Assembly (NCBI GenBank): GCA_965249485.1
Contig: OZ252239.1
Location: 3,072,001-3,136,000 of the forward strand
Direction: 5' to 3'
Source: a bacterium
Lineage (GTDB): Bacteria; SM23-31
Length of the DNA: 64,000 nucleotides
The stretch's first letter is position 1. Each line of letters begins with the position of its first letter. Of the stretch, positions 51,591 to 61,533 are shown piece by piece. A model generated the notes under the pieces. The model was not told the origin of the DNA. It did not search any database and saw nothing but the letters and a program-made list of their open reading frames with translations. Both the position numbers and the translations under genes were made by a program.

Positions 51591-51950
51591 ATTTTTTGCA
51601 TTTGCCAATTTCTTTTCGCTTATACTCAAATTGAACTCATCAGGGACTTCTGATATTGATGCTCATCTCTCCGAATATTATCTTGTTGACGTTAAAAGTT
51701 GTTCTTCTAATCATTAAATCCGCATTTCCTAAAGATTGGTAAACACAAGTAAGAAAACATACGTATATGTGGAACAATTATGGAATTTTGACGGATTTTT
51801 ATGATTATTTCTTAATTTGGAGATCAGCAAAGTAATATGACTGGATACGGTGCTGATTCAAGGCTTTTTTTGTTTATTTTCATCAATTGACTCATTAATA
51901 ATTAATTTTGGATTCGAATCTTTCACAACGTATCTTCATTTGGAGGTGAA

Positions 51951-54455
51951 ATGGCCGATTTGCTCGATATAGCATTAGGAAAATCTGATACAGGACAAAA
52001 CGGTAATAATGGCGAACACTCAAAAACAATAGATCCCCTGGATGATTTACCAGGACCGGTTCAAGCAATAATCGATCTTACAAGTGATGATGCTCACGAG
52101 TTTAACAGTGAAAAAACCGCCAGTAAATTACAGTACAAATTACATTATACTGTACCCAAGAAATTGGAGTTATCTGAAAACTCAATGCGTGTATTAGAAA
52201 AGCGGTATCTTCTTAAAGATGATGACGGTAATATAGTAGAGACTCCGGAAGAATTATTCCGCAGAGTAGCCCAGTGTGTTGCTGCTCCTGATTTGAAATA
52301 TGCAGAAAAATCAGAAGTCAAGATACTTGAAGATATATTTTACGGCATGATGGCACGTCTTGAGTTCATGCCGAATTCTCCGACACTCATGAATGCCGGC
52401 AAGGAAAACGGACAACTGTCCGCCTGCTTTGTTATTCCTGTCGAAGATTCAATGGAAGGAATATTCGATTCCATCAAACATGCAGCATTAATTCATAAAA
52501 CTGGTGGCGGAACAGGATTCGCATTCTCCCGCCTTAGACCTAAAAGTGATGCAGTATTATCAACACATGGAGTCGCTAGCGGGCCGGTATCGTTTATGTC
52601 CGTTTTCGATGCTGCAACCGAGGCAGTAAAACAAGGCGGCACTCGGAGAGGTGCGAATATGGGTATTCTCCGAGTTGATCATCCCGACATTATTGATTTC
52701 ATCACGTGTAAGTTTGACAATAAGAGAATTAATAATTTCAATATATCCGTTGCTCTCACTGAAAAGTTTATGGAGAATATACAATCAGGCGAGGATTATG
52801 ATCTTATTAATCCGCGAAACGGTAAGTCTGTTGGAAAGAAAAATACGAAAACAATTTTTGATACCATTGTAAATATGGCGTGGAAGAACGGTGACCCTGG
52901 TATTGTTTTCCTTGATAGGATCAATAAGGATAATGCTACTCCGAAACTTGGAGAAATGGAGAGCACGAATCCCTGCGGTGAGCAACCACTTCTTCCATAT
53001 GAAGCGTGCAATCTTGGCTCAATCAATCTCGATAAGATGTTGAAACGTGAAGATGGGGTAATGTCAATTGACTGGAAAAAGTTTAAACGGACGATTCACG
53101 CTTGTATTCACTTCCTTGATAATGTAATCGACGCAAATCACTATCCTCTTCCTGAAATTGATAGTATTGTGAAAGCAAACCGAAAGATCGGCCTTGGTAT
53201 CATGGGATTTGCTGATATGCTGATCGAACTTGGAATATCATTTGACTCTCCCGAGGCATTGGATATCGGAGACGAAGTGATGCAATTCATTAACAGGGAA
53301 TCGAAGATAAAATCTATGGAACTTGCATCTGTTAAAGGAGCTTTTCCAAATTTTGAGGATTCAATTTATAACGATTACAGTCTTCCGGAAATACGCAACT
53401 CAAACACAACGACAATCGCACCCACAGGAACTATCAGTATCATTGCAAATTCTTCGAGTGGTATCGAGCCTATTTTTGCTGTTTCGTATTACCGCAAAGT
53501 AATGGATAACGATATACTTGTAGAAGTGAATCCTCTTTTCGAGCGGATTGCAAAAGAGCGGGGATTTTATTCAGAAGAGCTTATGAATGAGATTGCTGAA
53601 AAAGGAAGCATTCAAAATATCGACTCTATCCCCAAAGATGTGAAACGGTTATTTATAACATCACACGATCTGTCACCAGAAGGGCATATAAAAATTCAGG
53701 CTGCATTTCAGCAACATTGTGATAATGCTGTATCTAAAACCGTGAATTTTTCCCACGATTCTACTGCTGAGGACATTAAGGGTGTTTATCTCTTGGCGTA
53801 TAAACTTGGCTGTAAGGGAGTGACCGTTTTCCGTGACCGTTGCAGAGGTAGTGACAATCAGGTGTTAAATATTGCTCATAAGGAAGAAAATACAGATGAG
53901 CCGGATTCAGTTACAGATAATTACAAAAGTGAAGAACATCTCATTACACCCCGAAAACGTGGCAATACCACCTACGGCATTACCGAAAAGATTGTTACCG
54001 GCGAAGGAACCCTATATGTAACAATCAATCAGGATGACCAGGGATTATGCGAAGTGTTTACGAATATCGGCAAACACGGAAGTGATGTTGCTGCTTTCTC
54101 CGAAGCGGTAGGTCGGTTAATATCACTCTGTCTTAGATCAGGAGTTTCACTTGACTCGATCATTAAGCAGCTTCGGGGCATTACAAGCAGACCGATATGG
54201 CAGAAAGGCGAACAAATTCTTTCCGTTCCTGATGCAATCGGCATTGCCCTATCGCGATATCTTAATGAAGACGGATCGCAGATTACAATGAAGGTACCAG
54301 ATTTTATCAATTTACCAAAGAAATCCAGCAATGGGGCCAGGAAAAACAACGGTTTTAATAATGATTTTTCAAGTTGTCCTGATTGCGGAAGCCCGGTTGA
54401 GCATGAAAGTGGTTGTGTGGTGTGCCGGAGCTGTGGATTTTCCCGTTGCGGATAA
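51951..54455 (+). CDS. nrdJ: Class II (adenosylcobalamin-dependent) ribonucleotide reductase with C-terminal TSCPD and zinc-ribbon region
   Basis: NSPTLMNAG, LSACF, RRGANM, TNPCGEQ, IAPTGT, SKTVN; C-terminal CPDC...CRSCGFSRCG; GGAGG SD. Confidence 0.95.
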   Translation: MADLLDIALGKSDTGQNGNNGEHSKTIDPLDDLPGPVQAIIDLTSDDAHEFNSEKTASKLQYKLHYTVPKKLELSENSMRVLEKRYLLKDDDGNIVETPEELFRRVAQCVAAPDLKYAEKSEVKILEDIFYGMMARLEFMPNSPTLMNAGKENGQLSACFVIPVEDSMEGIFDSIKHAALIHKTGGGTGFAFSRLRPKSDAVLSTHGVASGPVSFMSVFDAATEAVKQGGTRRGANMGILRVDHPDIIDFITCKFDNKRINNFNISVALTEKFMENIQSGEDYDLINPRNGKSVGKKNTKTIFDTIVNMAWKNGDPGIVFLDRINKDNATPKLGEMESTNPCGEQPLLPYEACNLGSINLDKMLKREDGVMSIDWKKFKRTIHACIHFLDNVIDANHYPLPEIDSIVKANRKIGLGIMGFADMLIELGISFDSPEALDIGDEVMQFINRESKIKSMELASVKGAFPNFEDSIYNDYSLPEIRNSNTTTIAPTGTISIIANSSSGIEPIFAVSYYRKVMDNDILVEVNPLFERIAKERGFYSEELMNEIAEKGSIQNIDSIPKDVKRLFITSHDLSPEGHIKIQAAFQQHCDNAVSKTVNFSHDSTAEDIKGVYLLAYKLGCKGVTVFRDRCRGSDNQVLNIAHKEENTDEPDSVTDNYKSEEHLITPRKRGNTTYGITEKIVTGEGTLYVTINQDDQGLCEVFTNIGKHGSDVAAFSEAVGRLISLCLRSGVSLDSIIKQLRGITSRPIWQKGEQILSVPDAIGIALSRYLNEDGSQITMKVPDFINLPKKSSNGARKNNGFNNDFSSCPDCGSPVEHESGCVVCRSCGFSRCG

Positions 54456-54471
54456 AAAGCACTATAATTTT

Positions 54472-54520
54472 TATAGATAAACCTTCTTGTATACGCATTT
54501 ATGCAGGAAGGTTTTCTATA
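54472..54520. terminator. Probable bidirectional intrinsic terminator
   Basis: AAACCTTCTTGTAT...ATGCAGGAAGGTTT stem between the convergent nrdJ and SPOR genes. Confidence 0.7.
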
Positions 54521-54546
54521 TAGATAATAAATTTTCTTGGATTATA

Positions 54547-55146
54547 TTATCGGACTCGTATTGAGTCAATTTCGGTAAATACCGAGTCAACCAAACTTGG
54601 AAAAAGATCAGGAAATAAAAGTGAATCGGAAATGGTGATGTATTTGACTTGGTCATACGGCTGAATAGTCGATTGTACAACCCATGAATCAGAATATAAC
54701 CGTCTTATTTTCTGAAGATTATAAAATTCTGCTTCTTCACGATAAGCAAAATTACCAACACGAATCTTATAAAATGGCGGATCGAATATCTTGTAAATCG
54801 GCTTATCAAATATACTTGCAAGAGCACTTTCGTATACTTCTTCGGAACGAATAAAACTTGTTGAGGAAAATATCTGAATCCTGAAACCAGGAATGGATAT
54901 AGTGCTGTCAACATCTGTGCTATCTAAAAAAAACGAATTTTTGAAATCTGTTCCCGGAACAGTCAAATATGAATCAAAAGACGGTGTTTCTATTACAAAT
55001 CCATCCGTTAGCTTTTCTGGATCAAATTCTTCCTGATTGGCGCGGTCTTCCAGATGCTGCTTTTCTGCCCGTTCTGCTTCGCTCAGTGATGTTATGCCTG
55101 AGCAATAAACAAAATGGAAAACGATGATAGCAAATAAACATTTCAT
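54547..55146 (-). CDS. SPOR-domain exported protein, probable lipoprotein
   Basis: GFRIQIFS...PFYKIRVGNF..REEAE...SWVV; signal-like N-terminus with Cys. Confidence 0.8.
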   Translation of the reverse strand: MKCLFAIIVFHFVYCSGITSLSEAERAEKQHLEDRANQEEFDPEKLTDGFVIETPSFDSYLTVPGTDFKNSFFLDSTDVDSTISIPGFRIQIFSSTSFIRSEEVYESALASIFDKPIYKIFDPPFYKIRVGNFAYREEAEFYNLQKIRRLYSDSWVVQSTIQPYDQVKYITISDSLLFPDLFPSLVDSVFTEIDSIRVR

Positions 55147-55473
55147 ATTATAAACATCTATAGGTTAACCGGAAATTTAAAGATTTCTGTTTAAAACTGC
55201 AACTAAAATTAGATATTACTTGAAATGTATTTTCTCAAAAATCAGTGGGATAGTGTGAAGGGGTAAACTACACGAAAAGTTATTTGTTTAAAATAATTTG
55301 CTTCACTTTGAAGTATTGTATCAAACAAGTAATGACATTATTCCCTGCAACGTATTGTTGTATGCGGACATACTTTGGAAGAACTTTTTACGTCAACAAA
55401 ACTTTACAAATAGGGAACTGCAAATGCCATTAATGCATATTAAAAAATATTAAACTTTTTATAGCTGAACGTG

Positions 55474-57198
55474 TTACTTATTTAGTCCGACAGAAATAAA
55501 AAACCGCCTATTTAGAAAATCCTGACCCGGCACTCCGGCAATCGTAAAATTTGAACCAGATCGAACCTCTAATTCCGATGCAATGAAAAGATTTCTATAA
55601 AGTTCGTAAGAAAGTTTGAAACGGAACCAATTTATCCTTTCAACGTCTCCTTCAAGGAAATTAAGATATTCTTTGCCTGTGCTCGGAATCGGGGTGTCGA
55701 TGCTTCCCCCGATAATTTGATTGTCGGTATTTATTCCATGACGTGAATAGATATATTCAGCAGAGTAGAAAAATTTTCGTGAAATCTGCTGCTGTGCTGA
55801 TAGATACAATTCGTCGCTATTAGGTTGCAGTTGATGCCCTAATCCAGAGTTATAATGTTTATAGACATTTATTGGAAATCTATGCGTGTATACGAAAGGT
55901 TTTATTCTCGTGTATTCCAGTCGGACAGCTGTGTTCGACAGACCAAGCGGATCCTCCCATAAAGTGCCTGTAACATATCCAAATTTATTTCCCCACCATT
56001 TTGTTCCGAGCCGACTGATAAAAATATCGTCCATGAGAAATTCGCCATACCACTTCCAGCCATCGAGAATATTAAGTGTTATATCCGCACCCATGAGTGC
56101 ATTATCCTGATCTCCCAGAAAATGTTCTGCAGATCGAAGGAACATTATCGGATTGAGATAGGCAAATTCAATTTCTCTTTGTCCGTAAATCACGGATTCT
56201 TGAATACCGACTTTTACACCATTGAATACATTGACTTCGAGTCTATGTGCTACCAGATATTTTTTTGCGAATCTATTTTTTCTGCCCGAATCTTCATCAA
56301 ATTCTGCTTCAATAATTCGGGGAAACTGAACGAGGCTTCCGAATAAATGCGAGTAACTAAATCGCCAAACCTTCGTTTTCAGTTTTACTAAATCATAGGA
56401 GGTTGCATTATCTGACAATAACAGCCCTCCCCTGAATCCCGGTCCCCACTTATTTAAATTTTTTCCAAATTCCAACTCGAAATGTGAGAACCGTACTATA
56501 AGATAGGCAATTGTTTCATCATGAAACTGGTGAGTTTTTCTATTGCTCACCCATCCTAATCCAGGTGCTGTGGTGTCTCTGCCTTCTCTGTAAAATCTAC
56601 TTCCCCATTCTTTGGAATTACGGGCATCGACAAAAAAACCAAGCTTATCACCGATAGCACCTCGTATCCGTATACCAGTAGTATAGCTGAATACTTCATC
56701 CAAAGAATCCAATGAATCAGAATCGGTAATATTATTGTCTTGATAGGCTATAATATCTCCAAAAAGTGAAAATTCTGCCCGATTTATAGCAAGTAGATTT
56801 CTCCCGTTTTCATATACTAATCTGGAAAGCATTCCTTCTCGAATTGCTCCAAGCCACTCGGGAACCCCCGGCTTTTCAATTTCAATATTCGAATCAATTA
56901 CTTCTAATTCTTCTCGAAATTCCTGCTCATAAAATAGCAGAAGTTCGGAATCAATTTTTGGTAGTGTTATATCACTCTCACTGCGTTTTTGAATCTCATA
57001 GAGTAATTCTGCTACATTTGCACGTGAAAGGGGTTTCGTTCCTGTAAGTTCGTTTTTAAGAACACCTTTTGCTTCATACCGCTCAACAAAACGGTAGACT
57101 CTATGATTAAGAGGAACATATACAGATTGTGCTTTAGGAGAGGAGTTTGCTATAATCAAAAACACGAAACTCAAAAATATCTTAGATGGAAATCCCAT
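55474..57198 (-). CDS. Capsule-assembly Wzi-family outer-membrane protein
   Basis: Signal peptide; KPLSR, WGPG..GGLLLSDNA, HRLE, ESVIY, DNA..G.D, YTH, G...PNSD. Confidence 0.72.
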   Translation of the reverse strand: MGFPSKIFLSFVFLIIANSSPKAQSVYVPLNHRVYRFVERYEAKGVLKNELTGTKPLSRANVAELLYEIQKRSESDITLPKIDSELLLFYEQEFREELEVIDSNIEIEKPGVPEWLGAIREGMLSRLVYENGRNLLAINRAEFSLFGDIIAYQDNNITDSDSLDSLDEVFSYTTGIRIRGAIGDKLGFFVDARNSKEWGSRFYREGRDTTAPGLGWVSNRKTHQFHDETIAYLIVRFSHFELEFGKNLNKWGPGFRGGLLLSDNATSYDLVKLKTKVWRFSYSHLFGSLVQFPRIIEAEFDEDSGRKNRFAKKYLVAHRLEVNVFNGVKVGIQESVIYGQREIEFAYLNPIMFLRSAEHFLGDQDNALMGADITLNILDGWKWYGEFLMDDIFISRLGTKWWGNKFGYVTGTLWEDPLGLSNTAVRLEYTRIKPFVYTHRFPINVYKHYNSGLGHQLQPNSDELYLSAQQQISRKFFYSAEYIYSRHGINTDNQIIGGSIDTPIPSTGKEYLNFLEGDVERINWFRFKLSYELYRNLFIASELEVRSGSNFTIAGVPGQDFLNRRFFISVGLNK

Positions 57199-57216
57199 AA
57201 GAAGCTTTCATAATTT

Positions 57217-57954
57217 TTAATCATTACCACCATTATTAGCGCCATACTGTGCTACAAGAGAGTTTGCTTTTTGTAATGACTCAAAAGTTCCTGCATCAGT
57301 CCACCACCCTTCCAAGAAACTGTACTCTAGTTTATTTTGTTCAATATATATATTGTTGACATCAGTAATCTCGAGCTCACCACGCTGTGAAGGTTTCAAT
57401 GTTCTAATGATGTCAAATATTTGCTTATCATAAAAATATATCCCGGTAACTGCATAATTAGACTGTGGATGATCCGGTTTTTCCTCTATTTTTACAATCC
57501 GTCCATCATCAAACACCGGAACACCGAATCGCTTTGGATTATCCACTTCCTTCAACAAAATCATTGCACCTGACTCTTGTTCCTCAAATGCTTCAACAGC
57601 AGTAATGATATTTTTTTCAATTATATTGTCACCAAGGACAATACACAATTTTTCACCCCCCGAAAAATACTCAGCAAGTTTCAAGGCATCGGCGATTCCC
57701 CCTTCCCCCTTTTGGTAAGCATAATTTAGGTGTTCAAGATTAAAATCGGAACCGTTTCCAAGCAATTTTAAAAACTCTCCCGCATTATTGCCACCGGTAA
57801 CAAGAAGAATATCCAGAATATTTGCTTTAACAAGACATTCAATCGGATAATAGATCATAGGCTTATCGTACACAGGCAGCAAATGCTTGTTTGTAACAGC
57901 AGTAAGCGGATGAAGTCTTTTACCCAGACCTCCTGCTAATATAACACCTTTCAT
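57217..57954 (-). CDS. rfbA: Glucose-1-phosphate thymidylyltransferase (short form)
   Basis: GVILAGG.G.RL.PLT, KHLLPVYDKPM, LGDN, EEKP, RGELEITD, WTDAGT. Confidence 0.88.
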   Translation of the reverse strand: MKGVILAGGLGKRLHPLTAVTNKHLLPVYDKPMIYYPIECLVKANILDILLVTGGNNAGEFLKLLGNGSDFNLEHLNYAYQKGEGGIADALKLAEYFSGGEKLCIVLGDNIIEKNIITAVEAFEEQESGAMILLKEVDNPKRFGVPVFDDGRIVKIEEKPDHPQSNYAVTGIYFYDKQIFDIIRTLKPSQRGELEITDVNNIYIEQNKLEYSFLEGWWTDAGTFESLQKANSLVAQYGANNGGND

Positions 57955-58025
57955 AGTATTGCTCGCAATTCCAGTGTGTGAGGAGTTACTTTTTTCATGC
58001 AAATAATTTATTTACGTATTAAAAC

Positions 58026-58055
58026 AAAAAAAGGCAACATATATGCTGCCTTTTT
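58026..58055 (-). terminator. Intrinsic terminator after rplQ
   Basis: Minus strand AAAAAGGCAGCAT-AT-ATGTTGCC followed by T7. Confidence 0.8.
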
Positions 58056-58099
58056 CAAACTCATGTCTCTACAATGATTCGAACATTCAAATGTAATCA

Positions 58100-58606
58100 T
58101 TACTTTTCTTCTTTTACTTCTGCTCCTGCTTCGGCAGTCTGCGCATCAGCGTCAGCGGCCTCATCCATTTCTTTGGCTTCTTTATCCTTATTCTCTTTAC
58201 GTTTCTGTCGCTCTTTCTCGCTTTCTTCTTTACGCTCCTTATACACTCCTTCAAAACCAACCAACTCTATAAGCGACATTTCAGAAGAATCCGATCTGCG
58301 TCTTCCTATTTTCGTAATACGAGTATAACCGCCTGGTCTATCGGCAAATTTGGGAGCAACTTCATCAAATAATTCCTTAACTACATTTCTCTGGCGAATA
58401 TGCTTTAGTACTGTCCGCCGGGAATGGAGATCGCCTCGTCGGGCTTTAGTTATCAACCGTTCAATAAAGCTACGTAGTGCTTTTGCTTTTGCGGCAGTTG
58501 TTTTAATTTTTTTGTATGATATTAGTGAAGATGCAAGATTAGACATAAGTGCGCGTCTGTGGCTTGCCGTTCTTCCTAATTTAACCACTCTTTTTCTGTG
58601 TCTCAT
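58100..58606 (-). CDS. rplQ: 50S ribosomal protein L17 with charged tail
   Basis: MRHRK..KLGR..SHR, RPGGYTRI. Confidence 0.97.
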   Translation of the reverse strand: MRHRKRVVKLGRTASHRRALMSNLASSLISYKKIKTTAAKAKALRSFIERLITKARRGDLHSRRTVLKHIRQRNVVKELFDEVAPKFADRPGGYTRITKIGRRRSDSSEMSLIELVGFEGVYKERKEESEKERQKRKENKDKEAKEMDEAADADAQTAEAGAEVKEEK

Positions 58607-58620
58607 TATTGATCCGCTCT

Positions 58621-59607
58621 TTATTCTTCAATTTCTTGGAGATACTTTTCAACATTCATACCGAAATGGAGGTTCCGCTTTTCAAGAATCTTTGTCAATT
58701 CTGTTAATGATTTACGACCAAAATTACGAAATTTCAACATCTGAGGTTCATCTTTCGAAACCAAATCGCCGATAGTTTTTATGTTTGCTGCTTTGAGGCA
58801 ATTTTGAGATCTGACTGATAACTCTAATTCATCAACACTCATCTTTAACAGTTTTCTAATTTGGAGAGCTTCTTCATCTATTTCCGTTTCTTCTTCTTCT
58901 TCCGGTTCAACATCAAAAATAATAAATAATTGAATGTGGTCCTTGAGTATTTTACCGGCATGGGTCAGGGCATCATCAGGAGTTATACTGCCGTCCGTTT
59001 CAATCTCCATAACAAGTTTTTCATAATCGATTCTCTGTCCGACTCGCGTTGGCTCTACATTATATTTCACAGATACAATCGGTGAAAAAATAGAATCAAT
59101 TGGTATTGTTCCAATAGGCTGATCGATCAGTTTATTCTCTTCAGCAGTAACATACCCACGCCCACGGCCAATTCTGATTTCCATACCAAAATCGGCATCC
59201 TCATCCATAGTCGCAATCAGATGATCCGGATTAAGGATTTCAAAGTCGTTTGAGCCTTTTCCGATGTCCCGAGCATAAAAAACACCTTTACCTTTAAAAT
59301 TAAGATATACTTTATCAGGACGTTTATTTATTAATTTGATCTTGACTTCTTTCAAGTTCAGAATTATTTCCGATACATCGTCACGTACACCCGGTATTGT
59401 CGAAAATTCATGCAGAACTGAATCTATTTTTATAACTGTTATTGCTGCCCCTGTTAAAGATGAAAGTAATACCCGCCGCAGCGAATTACCGATCGTAGTA
59501 CCAAATCCTCCCTCAAGCGGTTTAATAACAAATCTTCCAAACGTATCCGTATAAGAAGATTCTTCGAGTTCAATTGCATCAGGCATTGTTAAAGTGATGG
59601 CGTTCAT
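58621..59607 (-). CDS. rpoA: RNA polymerase alpha subunit
   Basis: GNSLRRVLLSS, HEFSTIPGV, LELSVRS.NCL, NFGRKS; ATG 59607 best fits the AGGAG SD. Confidence 0.97.
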   Translation of the reverse strand: MNAITLTMPDAIELEESSYTDTFGRFVIKPLEGGFGTTIGNSLRRVLLSSLTGAAITVIKIDSVLHEFSTIPGVRDDVSEIILNLKEVKIKLINKRPDKVYLNFKGKGVFYARDIGKGSNDFEILNPDHLIATMDEDADFGMEIRIGRGRGYVTAEENKLIDQPIGTIPIDSIFSPIVSVKYNVEPTRVGQRIDYEKLVMEIETDGSITPDDALTHAGKILKDHIQLFIIFDVEPEEEEETEIDEEALQIRKLLKMSVDELELSVRSQNCLKAANIKTIGDLVSKDEPQMLKFRNFGRKSLTELTKILEKRNLHFGMNVEKYLQEIEE

Positions 59608-59639
59608 TTCCACACTCCTAAAATTTTCGATTCTGGTGA

Positions 59640-60269
59640 TTATCTAGAATACAATTCTACTACAAGTTGTTCTTGAACATTGAGCGGAATTTCTGTTCTC
59701 TCAGGAACTTCCTGAAATGTTCCTGTCAAGTTCGCTTTATCAAGGTCTAACCATGAATACGGTTTCGAATCTTTGATCTGTCTGATTGAATTATGAATCA
59801 CCTCTAATTTTCGACTTTTAGCCCGAACCTTGATTTGTTCTCCAGGTGATACTAAATATGATGGAATATCAACGATGTGATCTTCCACGACAAAGTGACG
59901 ATGGCGCACCAACTGACGTGCTGCTTTCCGTGATGGTGCAAATCCAAGCCGATAAACAACATTGTCAAGTCTCCGCTCGAGCAGTTTGACAAGGTTATCA
60001 CCTGTGACACCTTTTTCTCTTTCAGCTTCCTTGAACAATCCTTTGAATTGACGTTCAAGTAATCCATAAGTTTGTCTAATTTTTTGTTTTTCTCTCAGCT
60101 GAATACCATAATCAGATATTTTAAATTTTCTTCTTTTACCATGCTGCCCAGGAGGATAACCACGTTTTTCAAATGCGCATTTACTTGATGCGCAACGTGT
60201 TCCTTTCAGAAAAAGTTTTTCACCTTCCCGTCTGCATATTTTACAAACCGCATCTGTGTAACGAGCCAT
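59640..60269 (-). CDS. rpsD: 30S ribosomal protein S4
   Basis: MARY, CKICRREG, PGQHG, LERRLDNVVYR. Confidence 0.98.
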   Translation of the reverse strand: MARYTDAVCKICRREGEKLFLKGTRCASSKCAFEKRGYPPGQHGKRRKFKISDYGIQLREKQKIRQTYGLLERQFKGLFKEAEREKGVTGDNLVKLLERRLDNVVYRLGFAPSRKAARQLVRHRHFVVEDHIVDIPSYLVSPGEQIKVRAKSRKLEVIHNSIRQIKDSKPYSWLDLDKANLTGTFQEVPERTEIPLNVQEQLVVELYSR

Positions 60270-60306
60270 GTATGCTCCAACTCCTTTTTTCGATTAATTG
60301 TATTTC

Positions 60307-60696
60307 TTAAACACGCCGCTTTTTCGGTGGACGACATCCATTGTGTGGTATCGGGGTTACATCTTTTATCGCTGTAATTTCAAGACCAACCGCCTGCAAT
60401 GCACGAATAGCCGCTTCGCGACCGGCGCCAGGCCCTTTAACAAGAACTTCGACTTTCCGCAATCCAAGGCCCATTGCCACTTTACCACATGATTGAGCAG
60501 CCAACTGTGCTGCAAAAGGGGTGTTCTTTCTTGAACCTTTAAAACCAACCGTCCCCGCAGATGCCCAAGAAATCACATTTCCATACACATCTGCCAATGA
60601 TATAACCGTATTATTAAATGTCGATTTTATATGTGCAATACCGTTTGCTTCGACTTTTTCTTTCTTTTTTGTCCCACGCTTTTTGGGTTCAGCCAC
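60307..60696 (-). CDS. rpsK: 30S ribosomal protein S11
   Basis: [32 protein letters not shown]. Confidence 0.98.
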   Translation of the reverse strand: MAEPKKRGTKKKEKVEANGIAHIKSTFNNTVISLADVYGNVISWASAGTVGFKGSRKNTPFAAQLAAQSCGKVAMGLGLRKVEVLVKGPGAGREAAIRALQAVGLEITAIKDVTPIPHNGCRPPKKRRV

Positions 60697-60728
60697 AGAA
60701 ACCTCCTACTTTAATCAGACATGTTTTT

Positions 60729-61103
60729 TTACCGCACTCTTTGTTTTGCTCCAACGGTCTTTTTCTTACCTTTTCGTGTACGGGCATTCGTTGATGTTCT
60801 TTGTCCATGCAGAGGTAAGCCGCGTCGATGACGGAGACCACGATAGCAACCGATATCCATAAGCCGTTTAATATTCATTGTTACTTCCGTTCGCAACGTA
60901 CCTTCAACTTTTAAATTGTTCTGAATATGGGAACGGATTGCAGCGACTTCCGGCTCACTTAAGTCCTGAATCTTTGTATTTTCATCAACATTACAAGCAT
61001 TCAGTATCTCCTTGGCAGTTGAAAAACCGATTCCAAAAATATAGGTCAGGCCAATAACAACGCGCTTTTCTTTGGGTAAATCTACTCCGGCGATACGTGC
61101 CAA
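60729..61103 (-). CDS. rpsM: 30S ribosomal protein S13
   Basis: [29 protein letters not shown]. Confidence 0.98.
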   Translation of the reverse strand: MARIAGVDLPKEKRVVIGLTYIFGIGFSTAKEILNACNVDENTKIQDLSEPEVAAIRSHIQNNLKVEGTLRTEVTMNIKRLMDIGCYRGLRHRRGLPLHGQRTSTNARTRKGKKKTVGAKQRVR

Positions 61104-61172
61104 TCAAACCTCCTGAATTTCACATTTACTAAACAATTAGATATCTGATATTTTCTAGCATTAATTGCGTTT

Positions 61173-61286
61173 TTATCCCTGCCGTTGTTTGTGGCGTTTA
61201 TTTTTGCAGATTATTCGCACAACACCCCTGCGCTTGATTACTCTGCAATTATCGCACATTTTTTTTACGGACGATCGTACCTTCAT
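61173..61286 (-). CDS. rpmJ: 50S ribosomal protein L36 (zinc-binding form)
   Basis: Hand translation [37 protein letters not shown]; not in the ORF track. Confidence 0.96.
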   Translation of the reverse strand: MKVRSSVKKMCDNCRVIKRRGVVRIICKNKRHKQRQG

Positions 61287-61311
61287 ACAACTGCTCCATC
61301 TCCATTAAAAA

Positions 61312-61530
61312 TTATTTATAGCGATATACTATTCTGCCCCGCGACAGGTCATATGGCGACATTTCAACAGCCACTTTATCTCCGGGAAGTATCTTTATAA
61401 AATGCATTCTCATTTTTCCGGAAATATGGGCCAAAATAATGTGCCCATTTTCAAGCTTCACACGAAAAGTAGCATTCGGAAGTGTCTCAGTTATAACACC
61501 ATCTACTTTTATTGCTTCTTGTTTTGCCAA
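61312..61530 (-). CDS. infA: Translation initiation factor IF-1
   Basis: [25 protein letters not shown]. Confidence 0.98.
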   Translation of the reverse strand: MAKQEAIKVDGVITETLPNATFRVKLENGHIILAHISGKMRMHFIKILPGDKVAVEMSPYDLSRGRIVYRYK

Positions 61531-61533
61531 AAA

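Noticed and set aside
55147..55473. Intergenic gap as a possible ncRNA or tRNA
   Set aside because: No cloverleaf or known RNA motif recognised.
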